DNA from: an uncultured virus (IMG/VR IMGVR_UViG_3300037067_010746)
Lineage: Duplodnaviria; Heunggongvirae; Uroviricota; Caudoviricetes
IMG/VR virus record: IMGVR_UViG_3300037067_010746
DNA length: 22,141 nucleotides
Direction: 5' to 3' (one strand)
Below the pieces are notes generated by a model that saw only the letters and a list, made by a program, of their open reading frames with translations, had not been told where the DNA came from and searched no databases. Shown here piece after piece: positions 16,707 through 22,141 of this stretch; within the stretch, counting starts at the first letter, position 1, and each line of letters starts with the position of its first letter. Position numbers and translations under genes: made by a program.

Positions 16707-17225
16707 ATGGAACCAACAAGAGAAAATACAGAAATTATTAGTGTTAACATTACGCCGAATAAAATATTTATTCAATACGCAATATATGTTAATGAGATTT
16801 TAACAAATCACAAAGTAGAATATCTTTCTAAACAGAAACCTATTCATGCCGATTTTAGAAAAAGTATTGAAGCAATGGATACTCATCTTCATGGTGTATT
16901 TATGTTTCCAACTGAGGCAATCGACCGAGTATCAGTATCTGGTATCGAAATCCAATCTAAAAATCATAACGATTCAGTTAAGATAATTGGCAAATATGCT
17001 TTGGCAAGTGGAAACAGTACTAATATAAAAACTGACTTCATTCGTTTTGAACCAGATGACCAACCTTATACTTATGAAGAAGTAGAAAATATTGAAATCG
17101 ATACTAATACTATTCGTGAAGAAGCGTATAGATATCTTTTTGAAGATAAACAAGCTCAATTATCTTTATTTGACAAACAAGGAGATGCTGTTGTAGATGT
17201 TCCAGATAATCCTAATAATTTTTAA
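16707..17225 (+). CDS. Hypothetical phage protein
   Basis: Likely start MEPTREN; IHADF and EEAYRYLFEDKQAQLSLF motifs. Confidence 0.7.
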   Translation: MEPTRENTEIISVNITPNKIFIQYAIYVNEILTNHKVEYLSKQKPIHADFRKSIEAMDTHLHGVFMFPTEAIDRVSVSGIEIQSKNHNDSVKIIGKYALASGNSTNIKTDFIRFEPDDQPYTYEEVENIEIDTNTIREEAYRYLFEDKQAQLSLFDKQGDAVVDVPDNPNNF

Positions 17226-17226
17226 T

Positions 17227-17601
17227 ATGGGAAAAGTTATAGTACACGAATTTGATCCTCAAGTATATCCAAGAAAACTCTGGGTATGTTTTAATGCTAC
17301 CAGAGAAGTTTTAGAAAAGTATTTTAACTTTGAGAGGGAGATTAAAGAAGAGTGGTTCACAGATGGTGGGGCAATAACCTCAAATTGTACCTCAAAAGAG
17401 ACTGATTTGGGTGGATATTTAGTGTGGACAGGGTTATCTAAAATACCTGTAGACTATATAAGCCATGAAGCTTCCCATGTAGCGGACAACATATTTGAAT
17501 ATATAGGAGAAAACTCTAAAACAGAAGAATGCTATGCATACCTTATTGGATGGGTAGCAAAGCATATAGATATTGCAATGAGAACAAAAACAATTAAATA
17601 A
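17227..17601 (+). CDS. HExxH (zincin-like) protein
   Basis: Likely start MGKVIVHEF; ISHEASH...EECYAYLIGW. Confidence 0.65.
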   Translation: MGKVIVHEFDPQVYPRKLWVCFNATREVLEKYFNFEREIKEEWFTDGGAITSNCTSKETDLGGYLVWTGLSKIPVDYISHEASHVADNIFEYIGENSKTEECYAYLIGWVAKHIDIAMRTKTIK

Positions 17602-17612
17602 CTAAAATAATC

Positions 17613-17957
17613 ATGCAAAAAGTAAATTTCAAACCAAGTCCAGGATTAATTCTCGTGGCACCAATTGCTATTAAAGCAAAAGAAACAAGAGGTAAATCAA
17701 ATATCCTTTTACCAGGGACATCAATAGGAAAAGCAGATGATTTTGCTTCGGTAGATGAAATATTCGATGAATGGCCTTTTCAAGCAAGAGTTGTCGCAGT
17801 TGGAAATGCTTTGCCTAATATTCCTATAGATGTGGAAATTGGAGATATTGTGTATCTTGCTCGTGAACTAACAGTGCGTGATGCTGTATTAGTAGATAAA
17901 GTTACATATGCTACTATTCGGGTATCAGATACTCATGGTAAAATAATCAAAGAATAA
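17613..17957 (+). CDS. GroES/Cpn10-like co-chaperonin
   Basis: FKPSPGLILV, SNILLP, ARVVAVG, VEIGDIV, IRVSDTHG. Confidence 0.75.
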   Translation: MQKVNFKPSPGLILVAPIAIKAKETRGKSNILLPGTSIGKADDFASVDEIFDEWPFQARVVAVGNALPNIPIDVEIGDIVYLARELTVRDAVLVDKVTYATIRVSDTHGKIIKE

Positions 17958-17979
17958 TATTAATTTAATACTTAAAATT

Positions 17980-18294
17980 ATGGATTTCGGTCAAGCAGTA
18001 AAAGCTTTAAAAGAAGGCAACATGGTTCAACGTGAAGGTTGGAATGAAAAAGGTATGTTTGTATTTATGCAAATACCAAGTGAAATAAAAAAAGAGATTG
18101 TACCTAAAATGCAATCATTACCATATTTGGTAAAAGAAGAATTTCAAAAACGTTTTGAAAATAGTGATGATCAAATAGATGCTATCTATTATAGTAATCA
18201 ATTAGCTCTTGTGAATACAAGTAATCTAATAACAGGATGGTCGCCATCAACATCTGATGCATTAGCTGAAGATTGGAAAATATATGGTAATTAA
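17980..18294 (+). CDS. DUF2829 family protein (Tad2-like anti-Thoeris sponge)
   Basis: MDFGQAVKALKEG..VQREGWN..GMFV...WSPSTSDALAEDW. Confidence 0.85.
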   Translation: MDFGQAVKALKEGNMVQREGWNEKGMFVFMQIPSEIKKEIVPKMQSLPYLVKEEFQKRFENSDDQIDAIYYSNQLALVNTSNLITGWSPSTSDALAEDWKIYGN

Positions 18295-18296
18295 CA

Positions 18297-18794
18297 ATGA
18301 TTATAAATTACAAGGAAATAGCTATTACGATTGCTATAGTTGATTTTGTACTATATGTTGCATACATATGGGGAAGATATGGAATACAAAAATCTATATC
18401 TATATCTTTCTATGAATTACCTGAACATGAACGTGATTTGTTTCGCGTATTTATTTTAGTATTAGCTCTTGCCGTAATTATAAGTGGAATTGGTTTTGAT
18501 AATATTGCTTTTTACATCTCTGGAGGATTATTATCTTTAGTAGGAATTTTTAGTCGCATACAAAATAAAAAAAAATTCATTATCCATCTTACGGGAGCAA
18601 TAGGAGGAATCATTTCATGCAATATAGCTTTAATGCTTGAAGATTTTAAAATGGGTTTATACTCGACAACTATAGTGTTAGTTGGAATTATACTTGTATT
18701 ATTATTCGGAAACAGGAAACATCTTATTTGGAATATTGAAATAATATGTTTCTCAGTACTTATAATTGCATTACGAATAATCATAGAATTTTAG
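18297..18794 (+). CDS. Multi-pass membrane protein
   Basis: About 5-6 hydrophobic segments; SIS..FY motif. Confidence 0.75.
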   Translation: MIINYKEIAITIAIVDFVLYVAYIWGRYGIQKSISISFYELPEHERDLFRVFILVLALAVIISGIGFDNIAFYISGGLLSLVGIFSRIQNKKKFIIHLTGAIGGIISCNIALMLEDFKMGLYSTTIVLVGIILVLLFGNRKHLIWNIEIICFSVLIIALRIIIEF

Positions 18795-18898
18795 AATTAT
18801 GAGAAGAAGAAATTTTCCAGAAGTTCGTCGATGTCGAGAAGGATGTTGACGAAGATTAAAAAAAAGTTTATCTTAGTAATTAATTTAATATTTACACA

Positions 18899-19432
18899 AT
18901 GGCAAAAAAAGTAATAGAAATGACATCAAGAAATGTTGTTACATGTAAGAAATCAGAAATAGAAATATATTTCAAAGTGTTTGGTAATCGTTCTTTATTA
19001 GCATTACCAGGAAGTAAGTTCGCATATTTCATGGAAAAGAATTATAGTATTCTTGATACTGAAATAAAAAAACATCAGAAATATAATTCAGAACAAATAG
19101 ATATTCGTGGGAAATTAGACCAAAAATATCTTGATGCAGAAAAAGAAGTACTTGAACAATATTGTGCTCGTAATGAAAAAAATGAACCCGTTATTAAAAA
19201 CGGAATGTATAGCATTACAGATATAGAAGAATTCAAGAAAAGTAAAGCAGCTATAATTAAAAAAAGTAAAATCTTTACTAAAGAAGATCTCAAGGTTGAA
19301 AAGTATAACAAAGCAATGGATGCTTATATGGATACTGAAGTAACATTCGAATTCAGAAAAATAAATGAGGACGATTTACCTCAAAATTTATCTGGAGAAC
19401 AACGAATTATTATTAAAGATTTCATTATATAA
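18899..19432 (+). CDS. Hypothetical Lys/Glu-rich helical protein
   Basis: 177-aa ORF followed by a terminator. Confidence 0.7.
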   Translation: MAKKVIEMTSRNVVTCKKSEIEIYFKVFGNRSLLALPGSKFAYFMEKNYSILDTEIKKHQKYNSEQIDIRGKLDQKYLDAEKEVLEQYCARNEKNEPVIKNGMYSITDIEEFKKSKAAIIKKSKIFTKEDLKVEKYNKAMDAYMDTEVTFEFRKINEDDLPQNLSGEQRIIIKDFII

Positions 19433-19441
19433 TTAAGGATT

Positions 19442-19476
19442 AAGGGGGTACATTTTAAATAATGTACCCTTTTTTT
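19442..19476 (+). terminator. Intrinsic terminator
   Basis: GGGTACATT-ttaaat-AATGTACCC followed by T7. Confidence 0.8.
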
Positions 19477-19496
19477 ATTTATTAATAATAAATTTA

Positions 19497-19504
19497 TAAC
19501 TTTG
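19497..19504 (+). promoter_or_regulatory. Bacteroidota-type -7 promoter element
   Basis: TAACTTTG matches TAnnTTTG; lies between the terminator and the ATG at 19518. Confidence 0.45.
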
Positions 19505-19517
19505 TAAATAAAAGAAA

Positions 19518-19832
19518 ATGTTAAAATATTATTTCAAAGAAGGAGAAGAAGTCTTTCATAAAGACAACTTAGAAAAAAAATTGATAATATCAAGAATATT
19601 AAAAGAATCAGTAGCTTTTAAAAAAGGTTTTGATGAGAAAACAGGAACGGCTATTATAGAGAAGTCAATACGGATGATTGGAATTGAATGCCATTGGTGG
19701 GAATTATCGGAAGCATTAGGAGAGAAATCATTACGTAAACATAAATTCCACTCTACAGAACTTATTCCTTACGAAGTAGGGATAAAAGGTAAAGAAGCAA
19801 TAATAAAATGGCTTAGAGAATATAGTAATTAA
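19518..19832 (+). CDS. YodC/DUF2158-like small beta protein
   Basis: FKEGEEVFHK...IECHWW...KFHSTEL pattern. Confidence 0.5.
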   Translation: MLKYYFKEGEEVFHKDNLEKKLIISRILKESVAFKKGFDEKTGTAIIEKSIRMIGIECHWWELSEALGEKSLRKHKFHSTELIPYEVGIKGKEAIIKWLREYSN

Positions 19833-19851
19833 ATGAATAAATTATTAAGCT

Positions 19852-20154
19852 ATGAATCGAAAAATGGACATCCGGGATATCGCAGATTTTCCCGTTAAGA
19901 CGGTAATCCTCACAAACACACCATCAACTGGTGATGAAACAGTATATGTTGCATATGCTAATCCGACCAAACAAGGTAATCTGAATGAAGTTGCAATACA
20001 AAAAACCGTAATATTAATCGATACACCGTCGGTTGGAGATACTGATATTACTGATAGTTGGGCGACATCAACTGTTACAGCCAATGATCAATTATATTTC
20101 AATAAACGTTGGGATTTAAGAACATCTTATGATTACAAAACTCTTAGTTATTAA
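19852..20154 (+). CDS. Hypothetical, probably virion-associated protein
   Basis: Thr-rich; C-terminal WDLRTSYDY; directly upstream of the fibre gene. Confidence 0.55.
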   Translation: MNRKMDIRDIADFPVKTVILTNTPSTGDETVYVAYANPTKQGNLNEVAIQKTVILIDTPSVGDTDITDSWATSTVTANDQLYFNKRWDLRTSYDYKTLSY

Positions 20155-20174
20155 TCTTTTAACAATCGAAAATT

Positions 20175-22141
20175 ATGGCAAAATTGACATATGATAAATT
20201 ATTGAGAAAGAAAATGCTTCATTCTCACCAAATTATTGATATCTCTTCATTAGATACATCATTAAATTTAAAGGCTGATCTTATTGGAGGTACTGTTCCT
20301 CCTAATCAATTACCTTCATATGTTGATGATATTATAGAAGGCTATTATAATTCAGATGATTCCTTATTCTATGAAGAAGCCGGATATATTACTCCTATTG
20401 CTGGAGAAAGTGGTAAAATATATCTTGGAGTAGATACAGGATTTACATATCGTTTTGCGGGAGCAATATTTATTCTTATCGGAGCAGTTAAAACTGTTGC
20501 TGGCAAAACTGGAAATGTTCTTTTAGTGATTAATGACGTGTCTGGATTAGAAGAAGCATTATTATGGGAAAAATTTCCAGATATTTCAGAAATACTATAT
20601 GGCAGACTATATAATTGGTATGCTGTCAATACTGGCAAATTGGCTCCAATAGGGTGGAGAGTTCCAACAGATGCTGAATGGACAACATTATCAACATATT
20701 TAGGAGGAGATAGTGGTGCAGGCGGAAAATTAAAAGAGGTAGGAACAGAGCATTGGCTTGACCCAAATACAGGAGCAACAGATGAGTTCGGATTTACAGC
20801 TCTACCAGGTGGCGGGAGATACAATGATGGTTCATTTGGTGATATTGGTAACCATTCTGGTTGGTGGAGTTCTACTGAAGAATCTGAAAGTATTGCCATC
20901 TACAGGAGTATAGACTTCAGTATTAGTACACTAAGCTATGTCTTAAATTATGAGGTTAGCGGATTCTTTATCCGTTGCATTTACGATGGAGTAGGAGCTC
21001 CAACAGAACCAATTATCTATGATGCAGATGGAAACTCATATAATTGGGTTCAAATTGGCACCCAATATTGGTTAGGAAAAAACTTAGCAACAACAAAATA
21101 TAATGACGGAACCGCAATTCCAAATGTAACAGATAACACAGAATGGGCAGCATTGACTACTGGAGCTTATTGCAGTTATAATAATGATGAAGGTTTTGTA
21201 TTTGAAATAACAGTTGATGAAATCCATATCCAACCAAAAAATGATAAACGAATTAAAGCTGGAATTATTGATGGTTTAGGGACAGCATCGTCAGAAGATA
21301 TAGGAGCATTTGCAACTTCGGCACAGGGAATCTTAGCGGATGCAGCTCTACAAGGTCTTGATAGTAGTACTAATAATATATTGTCAAGTTTTGATGGCTC
21401 TACGGGTAAACTTATAAAATTATCAAAGATAGGATATGCTAGTAATGAATCTGAACTAAAGGCATTACTAGCAGATTCGATTCCACGACTTATTATTGTA
21501 ACCACTAAATTTACCGTGAATACTGATATTTCAATTGGCAATTCAGGTTCGATAGTTACAGGTATAGTTGTACAATTTGCAAATATAACACTGACAAATA
21601 CATTAGTTGCGAATGCATATGTTATATTTGATTGTAATGTTTACGGAAGCGGCATTTCTGTTAGTTATGTTACTGAAACATACGATTTAAACGTTTTCAT
21701 AAAATCAACAAATGGTCAAATAACCTGGAATGAATTGGAAACAGGACATTCAAGTATTAATGTTTGTAATGTTGGAGGCAGTTCAACAAATATAGTTGGT
21801 TATGGGTCTCCAACAGTAGTAGAACATGATACTAACTATTGGATTCCATTTGCAAATGCTTTATCAGAAGGAACAGATTATTTAAATAAAACTCATTTAG
21901 ATGAGAATTATGATTCTTTAGGCTCTGCAACGACTGCCCAAGCTAATGCTGAAAGTTACGCAGATGGTTTAGTTGTTGGACTAGTTGACGAATTAGCAAG
22001 TAAATGGGAAAAAATTCCAGATATTTCAGAAATACTATATGGCAGACTATATAATTGGTATGCTGTCAATACTGGCAAATTGGCTCCAATAGGGTGGAGA
22101 GTTCCAACAGATGCTGAATGGACAACATTATCAACATATTT
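20175..22141 (+). CDS. Tail-fibre/receptor-binding-like protein with FISUMP (Fib_succ_major) domains; partial, at least 655 aa
   Basis: Hand translation is open from ATG 20175 to the window end: KADLIGGTVPPNQLPSYVDDIIEG...GESGKIY (fibre motif), YGRLYNWYAV, GWRVPTDAEW, FTALPGG, WWSST, IRCIYD, DGNSY..VQIGTQYW..KNL. Confidence 0.85.
   Translation, partial: MAKLTYDKLLRKKMLHSHQIIDISSLDTSLNLKADLIGGTVPPNQLPSYVDDIIEGYYNSDDSLFYEEAGYITPIAGESGKIYLGVDTGFTYRFAGAIFILIGAVKTVAGKTGNVLLVINDVSGLEEALLWEKFPDISEILYGRLYNWYAVNTGKLAPIGWRVPTDAEWTTLSTYLGGDSGAGGKLKEVGTEHWLDPNTGATDEFGFTALPGGGRYNDGSFGDIGNHSGWWSSTEESESIAIYRSIDFSISTLSYVLNYEVSGFFIRCIYDGVGAPTEPIIYDADGNSYNWVQIGTQYWLGKNLATTKYNDGTAIPNVTDNTEWAALTTGAYCSYNNDEGFVFEITVDEIHIQPKNDKRIKAGIIDGLGTASSEDIGAFATSAQGILADAALQGLDSSTNNILSSFDGSTGKLIKLSKIGYASNESELKALLADSIPRLIIVTTKFTVNTDISIGNSGSIVTGIVVQFANITLTNTLVANAYVIFDCNVYGSGISVSYVTETYDLNVFIKSTNGQITWNELETGHSSINVCNVGGSSTNIVGYGSPTVVEHDTNYWIPFANALSEGTDYLNKTHLDENYDSLGSATTAQANAESYADGLVVGLVDELASKWEKIPDISEILYGRLYNWYAVNTGKLAPIGWRVPTDAEWTTLSTY
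20564..22141 (+). repeat. In-frame direct repeat of at least 138 nt (20564-20701 vs 22004-22141), period 1440 nt
   Basis: Identical except T20574 vs A22014. Confidence 0.95.

Noticed and set aside
2112..21541. Shadow or alternate-frame ORFs (e.g. 2112+, 3196-, 5426+, 7775+, 9753-, 10445-, 10740+, 11253+, 11377+, 11675+, 12900-, 12967+, 16974-, 18512-, 19075-, 19845-, 20369-, 21176-)
   Set aside because: They overlap better-supported genes or the tRNA-like element and have no recognisable motifs.
20564..22141. Direct repeat as a DGR template/variable-region pair
   Set aside because: Both copies are in frame in one ORF, differ at a single base, cover the conserved part of the domain, and no RT is visible.
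1..22141. Stop-codon reassignment as in some crAss-like phages
   Set aside because: Genes are intact and densely packed under the standard code, and TAA, TAG and TGA all end plausible ORFs.

Overview
AT-rich fragment of a tailed phage or prophage, probably with a Bacteroidota host (AT-rich leaders without Shine-Dalgarno, a TAnnTTTG promoter motif, Bacteroidota-like DnaB and FISUMP domains). Bases 1-15926 are a minus-strand arm. It holds replication/recombination genes (SSB-like protein, Rad50/SbcC-like ATPase, nucleotidyltransferase, DnaB helicase, family-4 UDG) and many small accessory ORFs. A G-run-rich divergent intergenic region (15927-16219) precedes a plus-strand arm: XRE HTH, GroES-like protein, DUF2829/Tad2 and a long tail-fibre-like ORF (20175 to beyond the window, missed by the ORF track) with a circularly permuted, duplicated FISUMP domain. 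The main finding is at 8973-11569: a tandem array of about 6 one-gene cassettes separated by attC-like hairpins. In the intact cassettes the two ends are complementary around GTT/AAC cores, as expected for cassettes recombined at G|TT. All genes are antisense to the sites, two ORFs start inside the hairpin loops, and no integrase is in the window. An atypical tRNA-like gene lies next to the array. Family assignments are from motif recognition only; no searches were run.
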